Shown here: one piece after another, positions 13,940 to 27,700 of the stretch
Layout of the letters: every line of letters begins with the position of its first letter
Position numbering within the stretch: the stretch's first letter is position 1
Source of the DNA: Marsupella aquatica
Taxonomy: Eukaryota > Plantae > Marchantiophyta
NCBI GenBank assembly: GCA_973895155.1
Contig: OZ316892.1
Location: 25,505,233-25,569,232 of the forward strand
Length of the DNA: 64,000 bases
Direction of reading: 5' to 3'
Notes under the pieces: generated by a model
What the model was told of the DNA's origin: nothing
The model's input: the letters and a program-made list of their open reading frames with translations, nothing else
Databases searched by the model: none
Position numbers and translations under genes: made by a program

Positions 13940-14058
13940 TTGGGGTTTAGACTTCTATGTGAAACCTCTAGACCTTGACTATTGGGTCCCAATACATAAA
14001 TTGTGGTGGGACACAATAGTCACTGCCTAGAGGTTTCACTCTAGAAGTCTAAACCCAA
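13940..14058. repeat. About 120-bp imperfect palindrome (MITE-like foldback)
   Basis: Arm TTGGGGTTTAGACTTCTATGTGAAACCTCTAGACCTTGACTATTGGGTCCCA pairs with TGGGACACAATAGTCACTGCCTAGAGGTTTCACTCTAGAAGTCTAAACCCAA around a short loop. Confidence 0.85.
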
Positions 14059-15329
14059 TACATAACACTGCAATGTTATGTATGATAAATGATGATAAGG
14101 CAAGATTTCTCATCATCTCTATTAACATTCAAATAATGGACATTCAGGCTCTAGTTCTGACAATTGTAGAGTGCCCCAGCACACCTAGCAAAACATTTTG
14201 TGAGCTGGCCATACCTTTGCCCCTGATTATGATAAGGTGAAAAAGAGCAATGTTCTAGTCTACTCTATGCATCTGGAAATAGGTGTGAGGTGGTCTTGGG
14301 TCTAGCCCCTTTGCTAACCTTGTCAGCTAGAAGGCTTTTACATATAATACTTAAGTAAATAAAGGACCTTTTGAGAGTGGAATTTTGTGTCTAGAAAATG
14401 GTTCTCACCACTTCTTTCATTTGTGTCTTTGATGAAACCAAGCTCCGAACAACAATCTCGCTTTTTAGGGATCCAAGGCTTAAAAACATTGCAGGTGATG
14501 GGGGGGACCTCTATATAGTGAGACCCAGAAAGAGCCCTTCCTCACAAGGACACAAACACTTGGTGTTGTTACTTGGATGGATACAAGAACTTTATATTGT
14601 CACAAGATTACTTCTATGGAGCCTTACCGTGTCATCACATGGAAGTGTAAGAGGTTATATACACTGGTATTGAGGCAATCCAACTCCTTCATTTGAACAA
14701 TAACAATGGGAACTGCCACGTCATCGTTACACAAAACCCTATGGTCCAGACTTCCTAACAGTGATGCCTCCCTCCTCGCCCAACCACCAGCCTTCTGACA
14801 CCCTCCATGCGTACCACCACTTCACCCTAAACCCCGCCCCCTGCTACATCTTTTGTTCACTTCAACATCTTTTCTCTCCTCAAAAGTCTTTTGTGCAACA
14901 CACGGGCATCCTGCTATTGTCAATAATAAGTGATGCTAAGCCAAAGTAATGTCCAGCATAAGCAAGGTAACCAGGCAGTCGAACATTGTTGGCAACTTGG
15001 CTTGCAAACTGAATTCCAAAGAGTGTGCAAGCCGAAGAGGAAGAGTGATATGTAGAGTACCAAAATGGTGCACAGTGGCAACTTTAGACCTATCTGATGG
15101 TCAAGACAAAATGTCACCCTAATTGAATTGGGCAGCGAAATTTCCCACATTTCATAAAGGGACCATTTTAAAGGAAGATGGGCTTCCCGCCAAAACTATA
15201 TTTCATAGTGTTTAGATGAGAGTAAATATGATGACTCGAGAGTAGAGTACTGTATCCTGAATCTGATTACAGTCGTTGGGCTAATAATTACCCAATTCAA
15301 TCCTCGACTCAATCCCCCCATCTGAGGAA

Positions 15330-17213
15330 CTACATTGCAAATCCAGAATCGAGGCATTCATAGACAGTCAATGGCAGTGGATGATCATTTCGATAGCTAC
15401 CGATGACCAATTCCCTTATCTCACTGCTAAGTTCAGCCGACACAACAGGAATGGTGACAACATCTTCATCGTCAACTTCGCTGCTCGTCACTGAAACAAT
15501 GGAGCTGCCAATGGAGCTGTTATGCTCGAGCTCTCCATGATTCGGAGACCTTGCGAGATCCGCAGGCACTGCCACATCATGAAAGTGTTCAGATCTATGC
15601 TCATCTTCAATTGCCTTAGTTTCGTTTCGAATTGTCACTTCTCCCGAACGATGTGCTGCTGATATCGGTCTCTCTTCGAGATTTGGAGACATGAGCTGCG
15701 GCGAGTCTGAAACGCTATGACCCTGTGGTTCAATTGCTCCCACTGTACTTATCGCTCTCGGTTCATCGGCAATGACTTTGGGCGTGGGAGCGGGTGCGTA
15801 CATCTTCCGCAGAAGCGCCATGGCTCTTTCTCTATCACTAGAAGCGGTTGTGACATCCTCATGAGAGGGAGCTCCGACGTGTGTGCATCCTTTCTGCTTG
15901 GCCAAAATGATCAGATTGTCTCTCAAATTTACTGGCCTTGGCTGTAGGTCATCGACACCGAGCTCGGCCTTGTAACTGATCCTCGGGACAACAACCTTCT
16001 TCGAGACATAATCCGGTGGTGTTTGAGGAACTATGTTGTCTGGAGTTGGCGGTGCTTCCACCATAGCTGCTGCCTCAGTGCCCTGCTCATCAGGAGGAGC
16101 ATCAACATCTTCCACGAGCTTTATGGTCCGAGCCGTGAGCGCGCCTTCGCTCCATGCACAGAGATCAACACCCAAAGCCTCCTCGGCAGCGACGTTGGCG
16201 TCGTCCTCACGAACAGGACTCGGAACGTGGGTGGCGAAGATCTTCTTCTCTATGATTGTCGTTAGGACACCGATGTCCTCTTTCACTTCAGCTAATTTTC
16301 CGGACCGCTCACTCAGGAGCCCCGGCTCATCGTCGAGGAAGTCTGGATATTCATCCGTGGTGGAGAGCAAGTCGTCAGTGTCGAGGTGGAGAGGCTGCAG
16401 ACTTGGCTCCATACCACTATCAGATCCCGATTCGCGAAGAGTCTGCACAAAAAAAATCATTTTCATAATTGAGATTTCGAGTTATCAATCAAAGGAAGCA
16501 AAAGCGTTCTCCCCATTCTGCACAAGAAAGGAAACCGTTGATAAAACTATGTTGGAAAGGAAATCCCAGACTCTAAATAATATTTGAAGCTTTGATACTG
16601 GCGTCTCAAATTGGGGCATACACAGTTTTAGCAATTGTTCGTGATTAGTCATTTGACGAGGGGATTCGGTTGTTACCAAGGTATTGATCATGTCCGACAA
16701 TGTTCGAGGTGTACTCGCTACTGTGTTGCATGGTGTTGTCACGCTATTTCCGGGGGTGCCGCTGAGAGACTCAGCAGCCTTGCCGGCGATTTTGTGGAAC
16801 CTGGCAGCCAGTCCGAGTCCCTGCAAGGTCGGCGTCATACTCGCCAAGGAGGCTTTTGTCTTGCCGATTTCTCGATCGTATGTCATCTTCCACTCCTCAA
16901 ACTTCTCTCGGAAACTCATCAATTCACAATTGGCTGCGTTTAGGGATCGTCTGTACGCTGGTCGGGGCGTGATCGTGGCCCGATGATGTCCCTTGAGCTC
17001 CTGCTTGATGCTCTCCCTGATGTTCTCCAACCTTTGGCTAACGTACTCGTCAGCAGACATGGGAACGGGTGTCTGCAGATAATTCGCCTCCCAGGCGAGA
17101 GTTCTGTCTTGCGAATTCTCCAACGCGTGCCTCGGACAGCTCAACGACCGGGCTCGAGCGCGAGCAGCTTGCACATCCACGCTGGATACGAGAGTTTCGT
17201 AATTCAAGTCCAT
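15330..17213 (-). CDS. Uncharacterised, largely disordered protein (2 exons: 17213-16599, 16442-15330; about 575 aa) with a short coiled-coil motif
   Basis: Two long adjacent same-strand ORFs join in phase 0 via CCA|GTATCA ... TTTTTTTTGTGCAG|ACT. Composition is protein-like (S/T/P/E/D-rich). Further upstream exons cannot be excluded. Confidence 0.65.
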
Positions 17214-19589
17214 TGATTGTTGATCGTTGACCTTGAAAACTCAGATTTCCACAATGGAAACCAACCGAAGACTCTTTGTGATGGATGACCTTCCGTTGTC
17301 GGAAGCAAATCACCAATTTCCAATACAACTATCTGTCTACGACAAGAAAATTTGTCGACTGCAATTCATGCTCCTTTGCGTCCATACACATACGATTGAG
17401 TTCGGCGTCTGAGGATTCATGCCAGGTGATTTGATTGATCAGCATTTGAGAGTGGCCAACATCGATAATGCTTTGTGTTTGTCGACAGTAAACGATGTTA
17501 AAGCCGTGAACTGGCAATCCCATGCCCCATAGATATGTGAAATGTTTCAGCTAAACAGTGCCGCTGTCTCTGATAATCTATCCTGACCTTGCTGATACGA
17601 CGGAAAGATTGCAACGTCAGATATCGGCAAAACTGGGGATTGAGTCCACTAGGCACCCTTTAACGGGTTCTGAAGTAGTTCTGAGATGCTCCAGAAAGAT
17701 TGTTAGCAGTCAAGAAATACTGCTGGCCCAGTCGGATACAAGTTCGTTGAAAAGAAATGAGACTGCTTCAATTCATGCAGTGTAGCACGCCTCTGGCCAT
17801 GAGCAAAATCTCCCCATAGTTGCCCAAGACTTCAATGTAATTCACAATACAAAATTTGAAGTTGTGGCTGAATTTTTTTGAGCAAAGACTCAAGTTGAGT
17901 ACAGAATTCAAAAGTTGGACCACCCGACTATACAGTTGCTAAAGGTCGATTAGTGGCACCAGAAATGTATAGCACAGGCTCCTCTGAGATAGAGCCAAAA
18001 TTCAAGCTTCCAAAGTGGTGCACTAATCTGTCATGACTTTCGCCGCTTCAGTTGCAATCTCCGAAGCGAAAGGGCGGCTGGGACTCTTCAGAATTCGCCC
18101 TTTAATCTGTCGAGACGATAGCATCCCTCTGGATCTCTGCCCCACACGTGAGATAGAAAGGGATGCTCTGCGTCCGAACAAGTATCCATGATTGCATGCC
18201 AGGGAAGACATTACCAAAATTGTCCATGGTACATCTACGCCAGAGTCAAAGAATGCAGTCTCGCTTCCCTGCTTAGACACGGAACATCCTTTTGGATCTC
18301 AAATGTGAACCAGAGATAGATAGGGATGGTATGCTCTAGGTCAGTTCAAGGCAAATTCTGAAAGAGTCTACCTTTCTGTTCAAAGATTGCTATTGAACAG
18401 CTGAAGTTCATGATAGATTAGTGCGCCACTTTCGAAGCTTCAATTTTGAGCCAGCCATTTACAGCTCTGTGCGTACATGAAGTCGTCAGTCTCACATGTG
18501 AACCAGAGATAGACAGGGTGGCTATGGTCTCGACCAATTAAAGGCAAATTCCAACTCTATGTGAGAGCTTGTGCTTACACGAAAAACTCAGTAGGAAGTA
18601 GGTCCTCACATGCAGGGACAGTCAATTCTTCTTACGTGCAGAGGCTTTCTTATTCCATTAATTTGCAAGTGCGCGAAAAAGCCACTCTCGAAAATTGTAC
18701 TACGATCTTGTTCGTTGGTGGTCTGCGCAAAGTCCTTACTGTTAGAATTACCTCACCTTTCACTGTAGACTTTTCCAATATTCTCCATCCTGATCTGGCA
18801 TATTTCAATGTGCGCAACGGCGAACGGAATTGCAGGAAAAGGCACATTTGAGGTCGTATGTCATAAATCTCTTTGAACACTGGAAATACCAAAAGAGCAC
18901 CCAGACAGATTTGTTGGGTCGGAGTTCTCCAGCTCGAGATGATTGTCTATATATTATGATGCATGATAGCTGATGAATTTTATCATCATCTCGCCTCTTC
19001 TCAAAACATGCTATCTCAAATCTTATATTATGATGCACGATAGCTGATAAATTTTGTAACAAAATGGTGTTCGGAGGCTATGACACGACCTCGACAATTC
19101 TTATCTGGATCCTCTTGTTCACGATCTGTCCATTTCCACAATATTTCCACGAGTGAAGCATATTTTACGGAGACGAGACTGAGTAATTGATGTATTGTCT
19201 ATCGTGAAACAGATCTTATGCAGACAACACTGACATTGCCACTGAGCAACCGGACCGTGATAGCAGACTCCAGGACACGGATGCGAGTAGATTGAACTGA
19301 TCTGAGCTGAACTGACGAACACCCGTTTCTGAAACTTGATCCAAGGTCGGGAGGAAAACCCGTTTAGAAATATCAAAACTTTACATCAGAATAGTACTCA
19401 AATTGCTTGAATTTGCTCATTTGTTGATCACTTTTTTGGATTGATAGCCTCCTATACAAAAAGGGCGGAACACCTCGTAGCAAAATTAAGAATATACATG
19501 CCTCCACGGAGGTAATGGCCGAAAACTAGTACCACTGGTAGATTGAGCGGACAAATGTTCACGAGTGAGAACTAGCAGATCCGACGAAG

Positions 19590-21329
19590 TTACTCAAACC
19601 GTTTGATGTTCGCCAAATCATTCAGCATGATCTCAATACTCTCATCATCCATTCTTCCTTTTTTCTGAAATATTCACAACAATTATGGCATTAATGAGTT
19701 TCACCTGGAAGGACGAGTAACGCTTTTCGCCTGCTACATGTCAGCGTCTATTCTCATATATGTAATCAAACATGCAGCTTATGAGGAGAAGAGAGGTATA
19801 AAAATAGTAGAGAAACCGAGGGTTACTCAAAAGTCACATCAACCTAGTCAGCAAAATTTGCACCACGCAAGTGAGTCTGGGCTTACAGCAATCGATGGAA
19901 CCAATGCCTTTGCCTCTTCTACAGTCTCTGGGCATAAGTTCCCAATCACACAGACCTGTTAGAGACCAAGAATGACATGAGTACCACCAATACCACAAGA
20001 AACTGGCTTCCGTAAAACACAAGAAAGGCATTAGGGGCAAGAAAAATTGGTGGGTCAAGCGAAATGTTACCTCAAACTCTGCAAGTTGGTTTGTGCTGAG
20101 TTTACTGTAAGCTCAGTCAGTCAAGGAGACATCCAGTAAATAAATGTTGCAACGGGTTTTGAGCAAGCAACTCACAGAAATATCACATGGAGCAGCAAAA
20201 TTCCTGTGAGGACATAAGGGAACCACTCTGTAGACTTTATGAGTACAGTTAGGGATTGTATCCAGACATTTGGATGGTCAGGTCTCTAAATCCATCTCCC
20301 TCTAGGACCTGACTTCCTGGATCAATATCAACTTGTTCGACACAACTCGTTTGCTGAAGAGCCTCACTTTATGAACTCTAACCGTCAGGATAGTTCAACT
20401 TAGAGGTAGGATACTCTCTGACTTGCTTGACAGCTTCAGGGTTCGCGTAGTGGCTAAACCGCTTCACGTACTGCAAGGACTTCTCGAAAACCCTGCACAA
20501 CGCAACCAACGGGACAGCAACAGTGAGAGGATAGCTTTGAAGCTACATAAACTACAAAAGCTAAGAGTAGGAGGGAATGAAAGTACCCAAAAATTCTGGC
20601 ACCTAATTATACGACGTTGCTAGAATTTCACTTCAAGAAACACACTGACACCCAACTCTCCCAAGAAGCTCACCACATGAGATAAGTACCCTAGAAAATT
20701 ACTCTGAATGGAGTGAATGTTACAAAAGCTACAAAAGCTAAGAGTAGGAGAGAATGAAAGTGCCCTAAAATGCTGGCACCTAATTGTGCGACGTTGCTAG
20801 AATTCGACTTCAAGAAACACACAGTCACCTAACTCTCCCAAGAACCTCACCACATGAGATTAGTACCCTAGAATATTTCTCCGAATTGACTCAATGCTTA
20901 CTGAGAGATTTGATTGGGAGCGTCGTCTGAGAATGCAGTCAATTGGTCATATTTGCGTGTCAATATAAGAGCCACCTCAGCGTTCATAAGACATTTCGCC
21001 TTCACAAAATCTGCGATATCCAAACCAACAGACTACAATAAGAACAGCTCGGTCGTACAATCACCTCCAAATTTCCCAATTTGAAAACACATCAAACCCT
21101 AAATCCACACCAGACCCTGGCGATATCGATTCCAATCAGACAAGTCGAACTGCTCTTCAGCTACACAACTCCCTCCCCAGCTGCCAAGCGTAAGCGAATA
21201 TAAAAACAACAAGAAAAACCCACCAAAAACCCCCATCGCCACGCTTTTCAAGGAAAAGCTCAACTTACCATCCCCGAGCTTCAACTCTCGGGCATCCTCT
21301 TCCTCTACAGATGGCCCCGCCTTCGACAT
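19590..21329 (-). CDS. RPB4: RNA polymerase II subunit RPB4 (6 exons: 21329-21269, 21010-20902, 20492-20415, 20104-20071, 19955-19887, 19664-19590)
   Basis: Spliced product MSKAGPSVEEEDARELKLGDDFVKAKCLMNAEVALIL...VFEKSLQYVKRFSHYANPEAVKQVR...LAEFEVCVIGNLCPETVEEAKALVPSI...IKRFE carries the RPB4 hallmarks. All introns are GT-AG and in phase. Confidence 0.95.
20552..20901. repeat. 177-bp tandem duplication inside RPB4 intron 2
   Basis: CTACAAAAGCTAAGAGTAGG... starts at 20552 and again at 20729; the units align over their whole length with scattered substitutions. Confidence 0.9.
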
Positions 21330-21754
21330 GGAATCTGCTGCTGCGAACAATAATCTGGCTACCGCCTGCGCACGGAGAAGAGGAGGGGAGAGGGATCAAA
21401 GAAGACTTCTCAACCCCAGTCCCGACCTCAGTTTCTTGCTGCAGCTGCTGTAATGCTTCAGTTATCGCCTGCGCACAAACCAGGAGTCGGCAAGCTGAGT
21501 GCAAACGAGTTCTTCGAAGCAATCGAAGACCGGGTCTCGTTTTCTTGGATGCTTTGAAATTCTCCTTCATGAATCGAGGTCAAGAGAGAGGACTCACGAT
21601 CGGTTCCGACACGAGCTTTGTTACACCCCTGTCCACCGGTAGACTATCGTTAGAAGGGCGATAAATAAATCTATTTATCTAGAACGAGCCCTATGCCAGT
21701 GCAAAGAGTGCAGGCCCATAGGGATTGGCCCTGGCATTACAGGGTAAGGGGAAG

Positions 21755-21900
21755 TAAATATGTGCTAGGGTTACATATTTCTCTCATCAATGGTCAGTAA
21801 AAATAACTAATCAAATCCAATGACTCTTGTCAGCAAATATGTGTTAGGGGTGTACATTTCTCTCATCAATGGTCAACAAAACAACTAATCAAATCCAATA
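21755..21900. repeat. About 79-bp tandem repeat (2 copies) upstream of RPB4
   Basis: AAATATGTG(C/T)TAGGG...TTTCTCTCATCAATGGTCA...AACTAATCAAATCCAAT occurs twice. Confidence 0.8.
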
Positions 21901-22554
21901 TCTTTCCTGCCCAGGAACTTTTTTGTATTGGGACCAAGGACGGAAAAAGACAAGATCCCTTATTATAGTTGTAGATTTGAAGCCCCCATGAACCACAAGG
22001 TTGGTGTTGAAACCCCATGCACCAATGTTTAATATATATAACACTGCCAAAAGAAAAGGGACAAAGGACCCAATAAAAGGAGGGAAAAAAAAACCACTAG
22101 AAGGCTAGGGAGGTCTTGGAATCCCCCATGCACCGCAGTTTAATTGTAATACCTTATTGTTCATAAATTTAAATTTCTAGGTTTTAGGGATATGCTAGAG
22201 GAGTACTGTAGGTAAGCTACACTTCCATCAGAGTGAGTGAATTTTTGGCCATTTTGGTTGAGTTTTTCATCATACAATGTGGAGCAAAGGATTGGTAGAG
22301 CAATTTTCATTGTGTTAAAGATAAAACATCTGGGCTTGTGTTTTTGTAGTCTCCTCCTTCTCTAGCTGTCTTTTAGATGCAAAACTAAATATGATTTCAA
22401 GAGTCATAATCATCAAATTATGGGCCCCAACCTCCCATAGAGTACCAAAGAGTGATTGACTGAAGTAGTGTGTCCAACATGGTGCTCCATCCTTGCCTCA
22501 ATTTCATTTATCTTACTTATAAAGCACAAACAGAAGCTAGAGTAGGGGTCAATT

Positions 22555-24760
22555 TTAAGAGTGAAGCCTCTAGATTATAACTGTACATAAAGACAAAACT
22601 AGCAAGGACAAACTGAAAGTGGAGTGCATACCATAAACAAAGCTGGAGCAAAGATGAAGGGGAACAACATAGATTCTCTTGCAAGGTTTTCTTTGTCTTA
22701 TCTCTACTAACATCCCGACTAACATTCAAAGAATGGGCATTTAGGCTTGTCTATTTAACTAATAAAGCACAATCAGAAATTATTGTATCAGCCTGTTGTC
22801 TAGAGTGAACCTACTGCCTCTAGACCGTGACTGACTCTAACTGAGGACATACTTGAAAGCAAGGGTGCAACCAAAAATAAAGTGATGGGGGCAAAAATAA
22901 ACAGAAATTAACATGGAGACCTTTCTTCTGCAAGGTTTTTTCTTCTCCTCATCTCTATTTACGGACCCCCATGGGAAGTTCCTTCCAAAATCCCTGGCAC
23001 CACGTTGAGCCACATCAGCAGGAATGGTCACAAATAAGAAAATCTAGATGTGAAAGAAGAACAAAACCTGATGGTTCGTGTTTGTGACAAGGCAATAAAA
23101 AACTGTCAATCCCGGTAACTGTAAAAACGATAAAAAATTGAAGAATAAAGTTGAAACAAACAAAGAATGAAGTAAAGAGTAATTAACATTTGGAAGTTCT
23201 AAAATTGATATATCAGTGTTTTGCATTAAATGTTAGATGATTTTTAATTTCCAAAGATTTTTAAATAGACACGGCTGGAGGAAGTAGAAACAAACTGTTG
23301 GGCTTCCAAGGTTTTGTAATAAGTATTTGGTGAGGTAAAAACAAACTGTTGGGTTCCCAAAGTTTTGTAATAAATATTTGATAAAGTAAAAACAAACTGT
23401 TGGGTTTCCAAGTGGTACCCGCAGTTGTAGATGGTACGGTTTAGATGGCTTGAGATGACAAAGGGAATGGTTTGATGACTTGAGATAACATGACAAACCT
23501 AATGGCTACCCTTATACTCTTAGATCTGGCAATTTGCCCTCTCACCCAAGCCAGTTTTTGGTGAATTTAGTAGGAATATTAAATATCCCTCCTGTAAGTT
23601 ACAAACAAATCCTGTGTACATTATTTCGCAATTCTTCCTACTAACAGATGGAGTAGGGCAAATGTCTTGCAGGTAGGGAAACCCTTAAACCATAGCTGCA
23701 GATATATATACCCGTAGCTCTCATTTCCACTATGAATGAAGGGATGGGCAAGAGTGTTCTTTCATTGATCCAATTTGTTGAAGTATTCAAGTTTATCTGT
23801 CTCAGGGGTCCTCGAACTAATTAAGTCAAGGAAGGCCAGTCTAACTCATAAAGCCCAATCAAAAGCCTGAGCCTATTGTCTAGATTGAAGCCTCTAGATT
23901 GTGTGAATGTGACTCTAACTGAGGGGATAGCTGAAAGTGAGGGTGCATACAAATGAAAAAGGGCAAAGAATAAGAAATATCATGGAATTTTTTTCTGCAA
24001 GGTTTGTTTTTCTCCTCATCTGTATTTATGTTCAAGGAATGGATAATCAGGCTAGTAAGTCTATAATTGCAATCAAAAGTTACTCTGCCTTGGACTACTG
24101 TCAAGAGTAAAGATTTTAGACTGTGACTCTACCTAAGGGCATAATTGAAAGTGAGGGTGCAGACCAAAAACAAAGAAGGGGGGAGATGGACTGGAAAATA
24201 GTCAGAATTTTTTTAAACAGAAGTACTTTTTGTCCTAACCTCTATGTACATCCAAGGAACAATAAAATCAGGCTAAAAAACATCAACAAGCCTGCCTAAG
24301 CTTTGCTCCTCAATACATTGCGAGTGCCATGGTGCCCCTTTCCTCTTGTACCCCCAAATCCAGGGTCTAAAAGCTAAACTCTAGGCCCTCATCCTAGCTT
24401 TGGGTCACGTTATTACATAGAATAGCACGCAGAGTGCCCATTCTTTGAAACAAAATGGAGGTGAAGACATTCAAGCCTGTTATCCGTTCACTGATTTGCA
24501 GTCATTCAATGGGATTTGAGTGACTCCTCACATGTTGCGCCAATTCCAGAGACTCACCCTGCCCCCAATTTTCTTCACCTGCGCCCCTAACTTTAATTAT
24601 GCCCCCAGAGTCATAGTCCCAACTTCATTTTAAAGTAGACTTGAACAATAGGCTCACGACGCGATTATCTTAATATAAAAGCGCCAACTGAAGTCTATTC
24701 TTAAGAGCCTAGGTCTAGAGTGAAGCCCGGAGTGAAGCCTCTAGACCGTAACTCTATGGT
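22555..24760. mobile_element. Cluster of degenerate copies of a dispersed repeat with core GTCTAGAGTGAAGCCTCTAGAC(C)GTGACTCTA (non-autonomous TE debris)
   Basis: Core seen at about 22558, 22798, 23878, 24100 and 24712, with similar downstream flanks. A related motif is in the 13940 hairpin and inverted near 27602. Confidence 0.55.
23284..23412. repeat. 51-bp minisatellite, about 2.5 copies
   Basis: GTA(G/A)AAACAAACTGTTGGG at 23284, 23335 and 23386. Confidence 0.85.
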
Positions 24761-27700
24761 CATCATGTGCATGGGAGAAACTCATGACATGACTATGATG
24801 TATATACATGTCAGTTTTTTATAATAATTTCTAAGTATTTACATTCAAAAAATATAAGCACTATGGCCCCACCACAACATATGTGCATAGAAGATGGATA
24901 TGCATACAAAAAGACTCATGTGCACATACCTTGGGGGTCTCAATCCAAGGGGTGTCTCATATCACGCTCGAAGTTTTGGAGGAATAAACACCCTAAAAGT
25001 TAAGTCAATAATTTTTTTGATTTTTTTTACCCCTGTATATTTTTTGAATTTTTTTACCCCCCATATTTGATTTTTAAAAACACTATGATTCTTATAAATT
25101 GGATTAAATAACCCTAATGTTCTTCAACAAAAATTTAAAAGTATTTCACTAAACCCAATAAAAAAACCCTATACTTATTTGTGCCTGATGGGTCGGAAGA
25201 AAAGAAGTGAGGTTCCCGGGGCACATACAGGAAAATAATATATTATATATGACTATTAAAACGATGAATTTTTTTATCATACCAGTTTTCCCCGATAATT
25301 TCTATTGGCAATAATGCCCCACCACAACATATGTGCATACAATAAATACTCATGTGCACATAAAGGAGAAGGGTATATTATATATGACTATTAAAATGAT
25401 GATTTTTTTTTCATTTCATTAACCTTCAAAGAATATGAATAGAGAATATATTTTGATAATTTTTTATTGTACTCTTCGCTATTACATTCAAAGAACGGGT
25501 AGTCGGGGCTAGTATAGTTAAATTTTGGACCTCATTCACAAAATGTTCTAGTGTACTTGTGAAAAAGAATATTATGGTGCGAATTTAAAAATATTCAAAG
25601 AAAATTGATGTAAACACCAAGTGTATCCATTGGTTTTGAAATTGAAATTAAAAATTGTGGGCAGGTCCTACGCCAACCTGGATATCACGGCATTAGATCA
25701 GACCTGTCCAAGTGCAACATGCATAGGTGCTAAACATGGATAAATAGAGGCAGGCTACCAACTTCTATTGAGAGATTTCCACAGCAAATGCTCAAAAGTG
25801 TACTTGTACCCTCATATAGGGCTTTGTGCTTCTCTATTTGTCATTTTATGCAAGACCTAGTTGCAGTTGCATAAAAAGTGTAAACAGTCAGGAAGAAAGG
25901 AGATAATGGTCTACCTTGTAAAAAGCCACTGTTTGCACTTGTCAAGTGTGGACGTAGGCACAGATGACTGTAATTGAATGTATACCAATTGTTGAGTCCC
26001 CACCTGGTCTAGCTCCATTTGTCAGAGTAATATTTTTTCTGAGAAGGGCAGTTGTGTGCCAGATGTATTCCAGAATACTTGAGGTGAAAGCCCAACCACA
26101 AAGACACCCAGGGTCACCAAGTCAAAACACAGTTGTTGACACCCTTCATATCTCACTATTTCATTGTATGGGGCAAAGCCTAAATGTACTTTAATGTGTT
26201 CAGCACTAAGTTCAGATTCTGTGAAATACAGGGTTCTTCTCTCATCAAATGTCTAAAAGGGCCAAAAATGGTATGTTATTGTAGTTCTGAAATGCTTAGT
26301 CATCACTGTTGAGATGTAGTTCCAGAGCTCACTTATGATACGGTTTCTTGAATACAGATAGGTTTTAGGTCTAAATTGGAGCATTTGGTTCACTTGTATA
26401 CTAAAAGGGCACCAGTCACACAGATTTACTCCCCTCTTGTGAGCTACTGGGACTTTCCAACCCCAACTAGGGCACCATATTGACCTCTGAAAGTAAATGC
26501 AATCACAATGCATGAAGGACTTTGAACTGACTTACAATACTACTTTCCACCAAGGAGCAGGCAGAGGCAGCCATTTTACTTGCAATTTTTGCTACCTTGT
26601 GACCTAAGGCGGGGCCTCGGGCGGGGCATAGAGAATCAAGCATCGATGCTACTCTGAAGTAGTTCAGCCAGAGGTACTAGGCTGATCAATGATGATCAAA
26701 ATATTGGGATAATATGGTTTAGAGCATTTCAGTAGCAGGGAATGTAGAACAAATATGCTCATTATGCTCCTCACGGAAGGGACTGCTCATCACCTTGGCT
26801 ATCTCCAGTGAGATTGTTCTTGAAACGGCTGCCTAGGAGGATTTAGGAAAATGATCCTCCTGGGGTCCATCTGGTTTTCCCCTACTAGCACCTCAAGTTG
26901 TTTTCTCTGGTCCTTGCTAGTTTCCACATGGTTCTCTGTTGAGGGCATTTACCATACATCTGACATTGGGAAATAGTGTTTCACTCAGACAAAAACCATG
27001 GAAGTAAAATGATGCATAGACAAAAACCATATAAGTGAAATGAAGTCCATGCGGGTTGGAAAATCCCATGGAAGCATTTTGGAAAACCCATACATCCAGA
27101 TTTGATTTTCAGTGCCCCTTTATTTTACACCATAGCTGCCACTGTAAAAACCCAGGCTAATTGACGATTATTCATTTACCTTGGTGAAGACTAGTATGTA
27201 TCCTGGACTCTCTCCCACACCCTTCCTTTCATATGATTCTGGTAATGAACTATTTTTTCATGCAGTTTTTTTGAGGAGCAGAGATGTCACCAAGATCTAT
27301 GTTGTGAGCCATAGGTCGTCCCCTGGTGGTGAACCCAGATGTCACCAATACTAAAATTCCCCAAAATATGAGATGCTCTTTTTTTTTTATACAAGATGCA
27401 CTTTGTGACAAGTACAAGGGATTATGTACAGTACTTTCAGTGGAAACTTGTGCTTTAAAACAAAGTAGCTTTAGTCTCCGGTCTTGGAACATTTATAGAG
27501 GCAAGTACATTCAAGTTAGTTATGCTATTTTCAAGCACTCACCCCGTCCCATCCCTGTTTCACGTCACACTCCCAACTTCAATTACGGCCCTGTCATATG
27601 ACCTAGAGGTTTTTACTTTAGACCATAGACCCAAACGAGTAGCCTTTGACGGTGATTATATACATTAGTATGTCTAAGTGCAGGCTTCATGAAAGCCTGC

